Positions 12,895 through 24,018 of a DNA stretch of 64,000 bases are shown here, piece by piece. The first letter of the stretch is position 1. Each line of letters opens with the position of its first letter. Source of the stretch: Octopus sinensis (lineage: Eukaryota); contig NC_043020.1 of NCBI RefSeq assembly GCF_006345805.1, positions 8,370,001-8,434,000 of the forward strand. The letters are read 5' to 3'. The translations under genes and the position numbers were made by a program. Under the pieces are notes generated by a model. The model worked only from the letters and a program-made list of their open reading frames with translations, was not told where the DNA came from and searched no databases.

Positions 12895-14245
12895 GTAATT
12901 ATTGTTGTTTTGAATAATAATAACAGTAGTGGTGTTTTTAGTAGCAGTAGTAGTAGTAGTAGCAGCAGCAGCAATGGTAGTGATTGTAGTGGTGGTGGTG
13001 GTGGTGGTGGTGATAGTAGCAATAGCTGTGGTATCAGGTTGGCCAATACCATGTGAGTGAAATTTGGTAGATGGAAACTATAAGGAAGCCTATGGTACAT
13101 GTGTGTGTAATAGCATCAGTGTCCCATTGTGGGTCTCATCAGTAACAATTCTGAGGGCTGAAGAGAAGGGGTCAGTCGTTATGAAGTATTCTTAGCAATG
13201 TTAAGGATAATCTTTCACTAGAACAGATCCCCATTGGTAGTGGGACCCAACAACTGGGGCAATTTTAAGGGATCTACACGAGTGCTGCCCATGATTAACC
13301 CTTTAGCAGTTAAACTGGCCATATCTGGACCCAAATATTCTTCCCGTTTTATGTTCAAACTGACCAGATCCATCCTCTCACACCTACCCTACAATGTCAT
13401 TCTAAAAATAAACAATCACATCTTCTATTGTTATATTTCAAGATGGTCAGTGTTTTTTTTGGGGGGGGGGCGGTTTCTTGCCAAATATATATATTTATTT
13501 TTCGCTTGTTTATTATTGTATCCTTTGTTTGGGAATCTTTTGTCACACACCTGTGACCTCTTCAGTGACTCTTCCCTCCCACGTGTCCCCTGTTCTCGAG
13601 AATGAACTAAACAGAACAGGAAGTTACAAAGCCAAATTAGCATTCATTAATAAGAGAGGGAAAGGCAGTGAGCTTGTACAACTGTTAACACACCAGGCGA
13701 AATGCTCAAAGGCATTTCATTCCTTATATTCCGAGTTCAAATTCCACCATGGCCGACTTTGCCTTTAATCCCCTTTTGGAGTTGATGAAATAAGTACCAG
13801 TTAATGACTGGGGTTTGATGTAAATGACTTACTCCCTCCCCTGAAATTGCTGGCCTTGTGCCAAAATTTGAAACAAATAATGAGAGAGAGAGAGGGATTG
13901 TGCCTAGACTGTAAAATGTTTGTAAGTAATTTGGTCCAACCCATGCCAGCATGGAAGTTGGAAATGAAGTGATGATGATGATGATGGTCATATTAATAAT
14001 TTGGTGACAGTGTAGACTAATTGCTTAATGACTCTTGTTACAGTAATTAATGAACAACCTAAATAAATCTAAATACTTTCTCTTTTGAAAGTAATTGTTG
14101 GGCTTGGACTTCCTTCTAGAGCTATGCTTTCTAGCATCTACTTCTACCGCCACCACTACTATTACCACTAACTACACTTTCATTTATTCTCTCTCTCTCT
14201 CTCTTTCTCTCTCATTTGTGTAATAATCTTTATTTCCTGTTTCAG

Positions 14246-14284
14246 AAATTTGATGGCCTTCCAAATCTAGGGACTGCATTAAAG
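14246..14284 (+). CDS. FANCD2: FANCD2 39-nt coding exon (KFDGLPNLGTALK), first of five tandem copies
   Basis: Acceptor ttcctgtttcag, donor gtaggg. Same length as human VFDSHPVLHVCLK and keeps FD and terminal LK. This is the only copy with the Asp. Confidence 0.88.
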
Positions 14285-14710
14285 GTAGGGGCCAAATTAT
14301 ACAAATTTTCTAGACCTCAGTTGAGAGGTCCCTATTTTTATTTTCTGTTTCAGAAATTTTATGGTTTTCCAAAGGTAGGGGCCAAATTATACAAATTTTC
14401 TAGACCTCAGTTGAGAGGTCCCTATTTTTATTTTCTGTTTTAGAAATTGTGGTTTTCCAAAGGTAGGGGCCAAATTATACAAATTTTCTAGACCTCAGTT
14501 GAGAGGTCCCTATTTTTATTTTCTGTTTCAGAAATTTTATGGTTTTCCAAAGGTAGGGGCCAAATTATACAAATTTTTTAGACCTCAGTTGAGAGGTCCT
14601 TATTTTTATTTTCTGTTTCAGAAATTTTATGGCTTTCCAAATCTAGGGACCTCGTTAAAGGTAGGGGCCAAATTATACAGACCTCAGTTGATAGGTCCTT
14701 ATTTTGCAGG
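14285..14710 (+). repeat. Tandem ~90-bp duplications of the 39-nt FANCD2 exon plus flanking intron
   Basis: Exon-like copies at 14354-14374, 14444-14462, 14532-14552 and 14622-14660. Each is preceded by tttctgttt(c/t)ag and followed by gtaggggccaaattatac. All spacers are 69 nt. Confidence 0.95.
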
Positions 14711-15769
14711 CTCACAGGTGTTGGTGCCAAGTAAAAAAAAAAACCCTGCACTGGTGCTACATAAAAAGGATCCAATGCAATCTATGAAGTGGTTGGTGTT
14801 AGGAAGGGCATCCAGCCATAGAAACGTTGCTAGAATAGATGGTTGGTGCCTGGTGCAGCTGTCCGGCTTGCAAGCTCCCGTCAAGCCAGTGAACCCATGC
14901 CAGCATGGAAAAACGAACATTAAATGATGATGATGATCTATCTCATTATGTGCAAGCATGCGTGTGTGTGTGTGTTTATAATATCTACTATAATAATACT
15001 CGTGTTTTTCTCCGTCACAACAGATGAATGAGAAAGGAAGGGGTGATGGCAAACTGGTAGTAGGAACGTTTCAACTCTGTGTGTGTGTGCAATGGAAGTG
15101 GGATGGTGAACATTCAATACTGAAAAGAAAAATCAAACAGCGTTTCAACTGAGTATGTGTGTGTGTGTGTATACAAGAGAAGTATGTGAATGTTTGTGTG
15201 TGTGAACCAGCGTTATTTCAGTAACAAACAATGACTGATGTCACATCTCAAAAGACAACCACAAAATCATTGACAAGTGTGTTAATTTGATTTACCATCC
15301 ATATTTATATATAAAATACTAGAATTAGCCGTCATTTTTGATGGCCCGGGATCAGCTAGTAATTACTATAAGCACCTTTGTCACAATGTCTGTCATGTTA
15401 ATTCCATCTGAAGATTGTGTTATGGATGTATGTTTGTTTGTGGTGTACTCAGCCAGTTGTTTTTTTTTTTTTTTGTTTTTTTATCTTTCAGTCAAGAGGG
15501 AATATGCAGTGCACGTGACCCTTCACTGAATGTCTGATACTGGGAAGGAGGAATATATCCTCAAACCAGAGGCCTGACCCCTGAATACTTGCAATGGTGT
15601 GGTGGCCACTAAAGATACTCAGGGTGATCAGGGGGTGGGGTTAAACGAAGAGACAGAATTAAGTCTGTCATCCATAAAAGCTAGAGTGGGATTTGAACTC
15701 TCAACACTAAGAGCCACAATAAATATTGCAAGGCTTCTCATTTGATGCTCTTACGATTCTGCCAACACA

Positions 15770-16665
15770 CTACTCTCGATTTATCATCATTATTATCACC
15801 TCCTCTAATGACCCCTTTCCTCTCAAAGGATCTTTGTCTTGCAAGTTACTTGGTGACCCTGCAAGTGCTGGTGTCTCTTAGAAAGCATCCAGTCCACACT
15901 GCAACGTGGTTGGCATTTGGAAGGGCAGGTGGTGAAGAACGACCTTCGCTCTTTAGGTCTCACCGAGAAAATGACCAGAGACCGAGACCTTTGAAAGTAT
16001 GCTGTGTGTGAGAAGACCCGGCAGGACAAGTGAGGCCATAACCCATGGCCCCTACCTGGGACATAGTCAGTCCACCTGTGCATACCTTCCTTCTTGGGAT
16101 ACATAACTCTACTTGTGAAGACCTGTTGAGGCAAGTGAAAATCAAAATCAAAGAATCAAATCAAAATCGATCAACATCAATGGAATTTGTAGTTTTGTGG
16201 TACCAGTGCTGGTGGCACATAAGAAAACCATCCAAATGTGGCCGTAGCCAGTACCGCATCGACTGGCCTCCGTGCTGGTGGCACGTAACAAACACCATCC
16301 GATTGTGGCCGTGCCAGCCTCGCCTGGCCTCCGTACCAGCGGCACGTAACAAATATCATCCAAACGTGGCCGTTCGCCAGCCTCGTCTGGCACCTGTGTC
16401 GGTGGCACATAAAAAGCACCCACTACACTCACGGAGTGGTTGGCGTTAGGAAGGGCATCCAGCTGTAAAAACCTTGCGAAAACTGACCTCACCTGTGCTT
16501 GTGTCACGTAAAAAGCACCAAGTCCACTCTGCTGAGTGGTTGGTGTTAGGAAGGGCATTCAGTTGTAAAAACCCTGCCAAAACAGTTGCAGAAGTCTGGT
16601 GCAGGCTCCTGTCAAACTGTCCCACCCATGCCAGCATGGAAGGCAGAGGTTAAACAATGAAGATT
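15770..16665 (+). mobile_element. Repeat family D (gttaggaagggcatccagc motif, (GAT)n tail), long copy with internal ~58-bp subrepeats
   Basis: The same core recurs at ~4150-4400, 5245-5690, 7505-7700, 10262-10685, 11480-11740, 14715-14940, 19420-19630, 20710-20845, 21945-22250 and 23365-23560. The simple-repeat tail suggests a retroposon. Confidence 0.7.
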
Positions 16666-16902
16666 ATTATTATTATTATTATTATTATTATGGCAGCAAG
16701 CTGGTTTGAATCCTAAGCATGCCAGGCAACATACTAAGTGGCATTTTTCGTCTGTCTTTACATTCTGAGTTCAAATTCTGCTGGGGTTTGACTTTGCTTT
16801 TCATCCTTTCAGGGTCGATGGTGCTGATAGGGACAATATTTTTTTGGTGGTTCCAGTTGCTCAGACAACTGGAACGGCCATTATTGAGATCAAAGAAACA
16901 TT

Positions 16903-17075
16903 CAGGAGTGGCTGTGTGGTAAGTAGCTTGCTAACCAACCACATGGTTCCAGGTTCAGTCCCACTGCGTGGCATCTTGGGCAAGTGTTTTCTGCTATAGC
17001 CCCGGGCCAACCAATGCCTTGTGAGTGGATTTGGTAGACGGAAACTGAAAGAAGCCTGTCGTATATATATATATA

Positions 17076-17109
<34 letters not shown>

Positions 17110-17330
17110 ATGTGTGTGTGCGTGTATGTTTGTGTGTCTGTGTTTGTCCCCCTAGCATTGCTTGACAACCGATGCTGGTGTGTTTACGTCCCCGTTACTT
17201 AGCGGTTCGGCAAAAGAGACCGATAGAATAAGTACTGGGCTTACAAAGAATAAGTCCCGGGGTCAGGTTGCTCAATTAAAGGCAGTGCTCCAACATGGCC
17301 GCAGTCAAATGACTGAAAACAAAGAAAAGA
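16903..17330 (+). mobile_element. SINE family A copy, ~40 bp upstream of exon 17370
   Basis: caggagtggctgtgtggtaag...tgactgaaaac, with an internal (TA)/(TG) tract. Confidence 0.9.
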
Positions 17331-17369
17331 GTATCTGTTTTATATATATTTTTGTCCCCTCTTTTCTAG

Positions 17370-17519
17370 GCTGGTCGTATGTTTGTGGATGCCTTTACCC
17401 TGCAAGCGATGCCCCTCCTTGACATTATGTATCGCAGCCAGCATGAAAACATCCATGGATTACTGAAGAGCATGCAATTAAGTACACGCTCGTTACATCA
17501 CATCTGCAATCACTCCAAG
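17370..17519 (+). CDS. FANCD2: FANCD2 coding exon (AGRMFVDAFTLQAMPLLDIMYRSQHENIHGLLKSMQLSTRSLHHICNHSK)
   Basis: Acceptor cctcttttctag, donor gtaact, 150 nt. Strong similarity to human [50 protein letters not shown]. Confidence 0.96.
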
Positions 17520-17889
17520 GTAACTAGAACTTTCTCAACTTTATTTCTATCAAATAACATTTTTCCTTAATTCTTTTTATTTTTCCTTCATTTTTTTCCT
17601 TCATTTTTTCTTTTATTTTTCCTTCACTTTTTCCTGCTGGGTGTTGACTGAAAGATTTGCTCAATTAATCAGTACCAGTTACGTCAATATAATCGACTTA
17701 ATCCATTTGTCTGTCCTTGTTTGTCCCCTCTGTGTTTAGCCCCTTGTGGGCAGTAAAGAAACAAGAAACTGAAAGAAGCCTATCTTATATATATAAACCT
17801 ATATATCTGTGTTTGTCTCCCACCACTACATGAAGACTGGTATTTGTTTGTTTACATCCCCCATAACTACTACTACTGTTATTTTACAG

Positions 17890-18036
17890 ATTGTGAAGAG
17901 TGTGTGCCTAACAAACCAAATTCCTTGCGTTAAGAGAAGTCTTGAACAGTTGATGTGCCGTGTGAAGGTGATGCTATCCATGAACAAATGCGAAGAGGGT
18001 TATATGATTGGAGTCCTCAAAAACAGAAATTTAATG
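17890..18036 (+). CDS. FANCD2: FANCD2 coding exon (IVKSVCLTNQIPCVKRSLEQLMCRVKVMLSMNKCEEGYMIGVLKNRNLM)
   Basis: Acceptor gttattttacag, donor gtttgt, 147 nt. Resembles human [49 protein letters not shown]. Confidence 0.96.
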
Positions 18037-18057
18037 GTTTGTTCATAATATTCACCA

Positions 18058-18210
18058 TATTTTAACCTGTATAAGGAACCCCCTAATTTTGAGGGCTTAA
18101 AATTTGGAAAAAAGGTTTAAGGGATTATAATACTATCCATGTATAAGAAACTCCCATATTTTTTTAACCTAATTTTTGACAAAAAAGGGTTCCTTATACA
18201 CGTTAAAATA
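18058..18210. mobile_element. Small MITE-like element with 24-bp inverted ends
   Basis: TATTTTAACCTGTATAAGGAACCC (18058-18081) is the inverse of 18187-18210 with 1 mismatch. Confidence 0.7.
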
Positions 18211-18707
18211 CATTATCTCTCTCTGTCTGTCTCTGTCAGTCTCCACTCTTCTCTGTCACTCACGGTCTCTTTCTCTATCTATCTTTCCTCTCTTTGTCTG
18301 CCTCCATCACTCTCCTTCCCTCCCTCTGTTTTATTTTTCTTTCTCTGTGTATCTACCATGGAGGCACATAGCTTAGTGGTTAAGGTGTTGGACTCCTGAT
18401 CGTAAGATTGTGGTTTCAATTCCTGCACCAGGTAACTTGTGTTCTTGAGCAAAACACTTCATTTCATGTTGCTCCAGTCCAGTCACCTGGCAAAAATGAG
18501 TAACGCTGCGATGGACTGGCATCCCGTCCAGCTGGGGAACACATATGCCATAGAAACCGGGCTCATGAGCCTGGCTTGGCTTTAAAAGGGTGCATTTATT
18601 ATTTATTATTATATGAAGTACCTTTATCCGGTACCTTTCAGGAAATGTTTCATCCTTGGTTTCGTATTTATCAACAAAGACTTCTGTTCCTTTTTGGCTT
18701 TCTTCAG

Positions 18708-18821
18708 GGTGATGAGATTCCCTCACAGGTAGCTGAAGAGTCTAGGGTGGTTGAGGCAGATACAAAGGAAGATTCTCCAGAAGAGGAAGAGGAATCAGAT
18801 GAAGACAAAGTCAGCGATGTG
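18708..18821 (+). CDS. FANCD2: FANCD2 penultimate coding exon (GDEIPSQ...DEDKVSDV), acidic tail
   Basis: Acceptor ggctttcttcag, donor gttagt, 114 nt. Begins like human GEEIKSQ. Confidence 0.88.
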
Positions 18822-19004
18822 GTTAGTGGATTTTTTTTTTTCTTTTCCTTCATATTCAGGTACAACACCAACTTTCTGGACACTGTTGGCCCAAAACCTC
18901 TTATGAGCCACTTATTTACTCCAGTGTACAGGTACTTGGGTTTCATTTAATTATTTTAGTAAATTTGTTTTATTCAACTCTTTGGCGTTTAATCCAACCA
19001 TATA

Positions 19005-19269
19005 GGCGCAGGAGTGGCTGTGTGGTAAGTAGCTTGCTTACCAACCACATGGTTCCGGGTTCAGTCTCACTGTGTGGCACCTTGGGCAAGTGTCTTCTAC
19101 TATAGCCTTGGGCTGACCAAAGCCTTGTGAGTGGATTTGGTAAACGGAAAGTGAAAGAAGCCCGTCGTATATATATATATATATGTATGTATATTTGTAT
19201 GTTTGTGTTTGTCCCCGCAACATAGCTTGACAACCGATGCTGGTGTGTTTACGTCCCCCATAACTTAGC
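19005..19269 (+). mobile_element. SINE family A, 5' two-thirds
   Basis: Starts ggcgcaggagtggctgtgtgg and is interrupted after cccataacttagc. A further 3' half lies at ~20384-20692. Confidence 0.85.
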
Positions 19270-19355
19270 CGTTGCAGTACTGTTTCTACTTTGTGGATTT
19301 TCACCTATCATGGTGGGATTTTGGAACATAACACCCATAATGGTTGATGGACTAC

Positions 19356-19379
<24 letters not shown>

Positions 19380-19403
<24 letters not shown>

Positions 19404-19910
19404 GTAGTCCCAACTGGCTCCCATGCTGGTGGCACATAAAAAGCACCATTCAAGCGTTTGTGATGCCAGTACCACCTGACCTCATGCCGGAGGGTTAGGA
19501 AGGGTATCCAGCTGTAGAAAAACTTTGCCAGGTCAGATTGGAGCCTGGTGCAGCCTTCTGGCTTGCCAGTCCTCAATCAAACTGTCCAACCCATGCCAGC
19601 ATGGCAAGCAGACATTAAACAACAACGACGATATATATATGTTGTATAGGGAACGTGTACACCCCTGTGATTGGCTAAGTGCAGTCATTGTGTACAGGTC
19701 ATAAGAATTATTGAATAGAGATATCGTGGAGTGCTTGTTAAGATACACAGCTGCAGAGTAATGAGAGAACATCAGAAACGTTTGATATTATAACAGTGAC
19801 AACAAGAAGTCGTATGACATTCATACATATATAGCCTTGTGAGTGGATTTGGTAGACGGAAACTGGAAGAAGCCCATCATATATGTATATATATATATGT
19901 GTATATATAT

Positions 19911-19953
<43 letters not shown>

Positions 19954-20461
19954 GTAGTCCCAACTGGCTCCCATGCTGGTGGCACATAAAAAGCACCATT
20001 CAAGCGTTTGTGATGCCAGTACCACCTGACCTCATGCCGGAGGGTTAGGAAGGGTATCCAGCTGTAGAAAAACTTTGCCAGGTCAGATTGGAGCCTGGTG
20101 CAGCCTTCTGGCTTGCCAGTCCTCAATCAAACTGTCCAACCCATGCCAGCATGGCAAGCAGACATTAAACAACAACGACGATATATATATGTTGTATAGG
20201 GAACGTGTACACCCCTGTGATTGGCTAAGTGCAGTCATTGTGTACAGGTCATAAGAATTATTGAATAGAGATATCGTGGAGTGCTTGTTAAAGATACACA
20301 GCTGCAGAGTAATGAGAGAACATCAGAAACGTTTGATATTATAACAGTGACAACAAGAAGTCGTATGACATTCATACATATATAGCCTTGTGAGTGGATT
20401 TGGTAGACGGAAACTGGAAGAAGCCCATCATATATGTATATATATATATGTGTATATATAT

Positions 20462-20480
<19 letters not shown>
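19380..20480 (+). repeat. Near-perfect ~550-bp tandem duplication
   Basis: acagtagtcc at 19401 and 19951; aacaacgacg at 19621 and 20171. The only non-microsatellite difference I saw is one extra A. Confidence 0.92.
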
Positions 20481-20505
<25 letters not shown>

Positions 20506-21338
20506 TTGTCCCCTCAGCATCGCTTGACAACCGATGCTGGTGTGTTTACATCTCAGTAACTTAGCAGTTCAGCACAAGAGACCGCGATAGAATAAGTATT
20601 TGGCTTACAAAGAATAAGTCCTAGGGTCCGATTTGTTCAACTAAAAGTGGTACTCCAGCATGACCGCAGTCAAATGACTGAAACAAGTAAGTAAATATAT
20701 ATATATATATAGGAAGGGCATCCAGCCGTAGAAACACTGCCAGATTTGACTGGGCCTGATGAAGCCTTCTGGCTTCACAGACCCCAGTAGAACCGTCCAA
20801 CCCATGCTAGCATGGAAAACGGACGCTAAATGATGATGATGATATGAGAGAGTGAGTGTGGTATGCTAAGAGGTGGTGCGCAGTACCAGTCATATATAGC
20901 AAACTACACCAAATTGTCGTTAGAGAATCCACCTAAGTGGAGTCTGGAGTGGCGTTGAGTCAATATCTAAGTTGTAATAATGAAGTCAAAACAAAAAAGT
21001 GATTGATATTTAGTCCAAAGCACTTAGACACCACCTCTTCATAGATATATGGCCATGAAGGTGTGGTGTCAAAGTGATTATTAGAGCTATGTGTATATAG
21101 ACATGTATACACTTAAATTTTGTATACACATATATAGATACACACACATACACATATATAGGTACACATATATAGATACACACTCATATGTATATATACA
21201 CACACACTTAAATTCATATGTATATAGATGTGTCAGATATCTTTTCCTGTCCTGGTTGTGAATTAAAAAATATTGTTGCACCTAATTCTGATTCAATGTT
21301 ACACACACACACACGTATATACAGCTTGTCATTTTGAA

Positions 21339-21679
21339 GGCGCATGGCTCAGTGGTTAGAGCGTCGAGCTTACGATCGTGAGGTTGTGAGCTCGAATCCC
21401 GGACGGGGCTGCGTGTTGTGTTCTTGAGCAAGACACTTTATTTCACGTTGCTCCAGTTCACTCAGCTGTAGAAATGAGTAGCGACGTCACGAGTGCCAAG
21501 CTGTATCGGCCCCTTTGCCTTTCCCTTGTATAACACTGGTGGCATGGAGAGGGGAGGCTGGTATGCATGGGCGACTGCTGGTCTTCCATAAAAACAACCT
21601 TGCCCAGACTTGTGACTAGGAGGGTAACTCTCTAGGCGCAAACCGATGGTCACTCATGACCGAAGGGGGTCTTTACCCA
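21339..21679 (+). mobile_element. tRNA-derived SINE family C
   Basis: A box TGGCTCAGTGG (21345) and B-box-like GAGCTCGAATCCC (21388), followed by the gttcttgagcaagacacttt body. Related copies at ~4930-5230, 6080-6325(-), 18360-18590, 36410-36710(-) and 42271-42572(-). Confidence 0.82.
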
Positions 21680-22669
21680 TTTTGAAGTGTATTATATGTC
21701 ATTAAGATGTTTTTTCTGCCACTTTTTCTGGTATCAGGATTCATTTTGAGACGTTTTTTTTTATAAAATATGGTTCGTTTATTTATTGTAGCATTATTTT
21801 GAGTTGAGAGAGAGAGACAAACAACCCACAAAATAACACATACAGCCCCTCAGTGCAGGTGACATCTAAACCTCATCATGACATAAAACATCATTTCAGG
21901 TTTAGATCAGGGTTTCTCAGCATTTTGCGTCTCCTGCCCTATTTTTATCATCATTTAGCATCCGTTGTCCATGCTGGCATGGGTTGAACAGTCTGACCAG
22001 GGCTGGCAAGCTGAGGAGCTGCACCAGGCTGTAGTTTGATTTGGCAGGGTTTTCTATGGTTGGATGCCCTTCCTAACGCCAACCGCTCCAAGGGTGTAAT
22101 GAGTGCTTGTACATGCCACCAGCACGGGTGCCATCTGCATGACACCAGTATCTACCACAACTACAGTTTCACTTGGTTTGATGGGTCTTCTACTCAAGCA
22201 CAGCATAATGCCAAAGGTTTCAGTCATTTGTCATTGCCTCCGTGAGGCTCATCATTCGAAATCTGCTTTTGTAAAATGGTTTTGATTTTCAAAATCCAAA
22301 TAAAAGCATGTCTTACCATGAACAAAGTTATTATATGGCATATAAGTACACACACAAACACACACAATCATTTAGTGTCTGTTGTCCATGCTGGTATAGG
22401 CTGGATGGTTTGAACAGGACTGGAAAGCTGCACTAGACCCCAATCTGATTTGGCATGGTTTCTACGTCTGGATTGTAAGATTGTGGTTTCAATTCCTGGA
22501 CTGGGCAACGCATTGTGTTCTTGAGCAAAGCACTTCATTTCATGTTGCTCCAGTCCACTCAGCTGGCAAAAATAAGTAGTCCTGTGACGGACTGGCACTC
22601 TGTCCACGTGAAGAATTTATACACCACTGAAATCTGGGAAACTGGTCCTATGAGTCTATATAACTCAGT

Positions 22670-23310
22670 AAGGAACTTTACTTCACTTACACATGTCTGT
22701 GGAATACTTAACCACTTATACATTTAATTCAGGAGCAGGTAAATCAAACAACTGAATCTTCATCATTGAAGGACAGAAGGTCCACCACCATCACCACCAA
22801 TACTTACTCTCCACCAATGACAAGAAGGGGCTTTGGCCCTACCTTGAAAACCACTATTTTAGAGACAGTCACTTCTGTGTATGTATTGCCCGAGTTGCCA
22901 TAGCACAGGACCTTGGGCAACTTGGAGAAGTATCTTCCACTAGGGTGCCCCAGGCCAACCAATCTTGTGAGTGGATTCAGCTGATGGAAACTGAAAGAAG
23001 CCCATTGTGTGTGAGTGTAGATATCATGTGATAGTTATAAACAAGCGTCATTATCATATAAGCAGCGTTGTTTAGTTCCTGTCTTCTATAAAAAAAAAAC
23101 ATGTATGAGACTATCTACCTCTGGCTCTAAAATAGTGGTTTTCAAGGTAGGGCCAAAGCCCCTTCTTGCCATTGATGGAGAGTAAGTACTGGTGGTGGAC
23201 CTTCTGTCCTTCAATGATGAAGATTCAGTTGTTTGATTTACCCGCTCCTGAATTAAATGTATAAGTGGTTGAGTATTCCACAGATGTGTGTAAGTGAAGT
23301 AAAGTTCCTT
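22670..23310. repeat. Long inverted repeat, arms 22670-22864 and 23125-23310
   Basis: aaggaactttacttcac...ccactattttagag versus ctctaaaatagtgg...aaagttcctt. There is one ~9-bp indel, scattered substitutions and a ~260-bp spacer. Confidence 0.92.
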
Positions 23311-23617
23311 GGGCAAAAATAACCTTGATTGGAAATCTGTGAGGGTTAGCAACAGGAAGAGCATCCATCATCGTTTAACGTCCGTTCTCCATGCTAGCAT
23401 GGGTTGACCGGGGATCTGGGAAGCCAGAAGGCTGCACCAGGCTCCAGTCTGATCTGGCAGTGTTTCTACAGCTGGATGCCCTTCCTAATGCCAACCATTC
23501 CTAACGCCAGCCCTTCTGTCTGACGCATGGAAAAGTGTACATTAAATGTTGATGATGATGTAGCTGTGTCGTAACTTTTATTTTATTTTCATTGTTTTTC
23601 TTTTGTTTCTCCATTAG

Positions 23618-23728
23618 GAAATTGAAGGGGAAGAAGAAGTAAAAGAAGGTGATGACAAGGAAAGTGATGACAACAAGGAAAATAATGACGATAATGAAGG
23701 GGAACAAATGTACAGTGAGATCTATTAG
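23618..23728 (+). CDS. FANCD2: FANCD2 terminal coding exon (EIEGEEEVKEGDDKESDDNKENNDDNEGEQMYSEIY*)
   Basis: Long polypyrimidine tract and ccattag acceptor, phase 0, acidic peptide ending at TAG 23726-23728. Comparable to the acidic last exon of human FANCD2. Confidence 0.8.
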   Translation, partial: EIEGEEEVKEGDDKESDDNKENNDDNEGEQMYSEIY

Positions 23729-23780
23729 AACATCCAGTAAGATGTGATGTCTCGTCACCAGAGTGGACGGTGGATAAATA

Positions 23781-24018
23781 CAGTGTGTTCAAAAAGTCTC
23801 TCTGCAGTAAATATTTTATTGCAAAATGAAATATTTACAAGATGGTATAAAGACTACAAAAAGAATATATGAGACTTTACAAGACTTTAAAAAACTTTAG
23901 AAGAGGCATTGAAAGTGTCATCCTTCATTTTCAATACATGGAATTTATTTTCTTTTTTACGGCCATGTGAGCACTTCCTAGGCTGAATTCACTGCAGAGA
24001 GACTTTTTGAACACCCTA
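23781..24018. mobile_element. Tc1/mariner-type MITE 52 bp after the FANCD2 stop
   Basis: TA|CAGTGTGTTCAAAAAGTCTCTCTGCAGT ... ACTGCAGAGAGACTTTTTGAACACCCTA|TA. 28-bp TIRs with 2 mismatches, 238 bp. Confidence 0.85.

Noticed and set aside
14246-14710. CRISPR-like regular repeat spacing
   Set aside because: This is a eukaryotic intron, the spacers are themselves repeats, and there are no cas genes. It is an exon duplication.
18708-18728. Alternative in-frame donor CAG|gtagct giving a 21-nt exon
   Set aside because: Possible but weak. The downstream acidic frame stays open to a good gttagt donor, and there is no transcript evidence.
21339-21410. tRNA gene candidates at SINE heads
   Set aside because: They have A/B boxes but no complete cloverleaf, and continue into repeat bodies.
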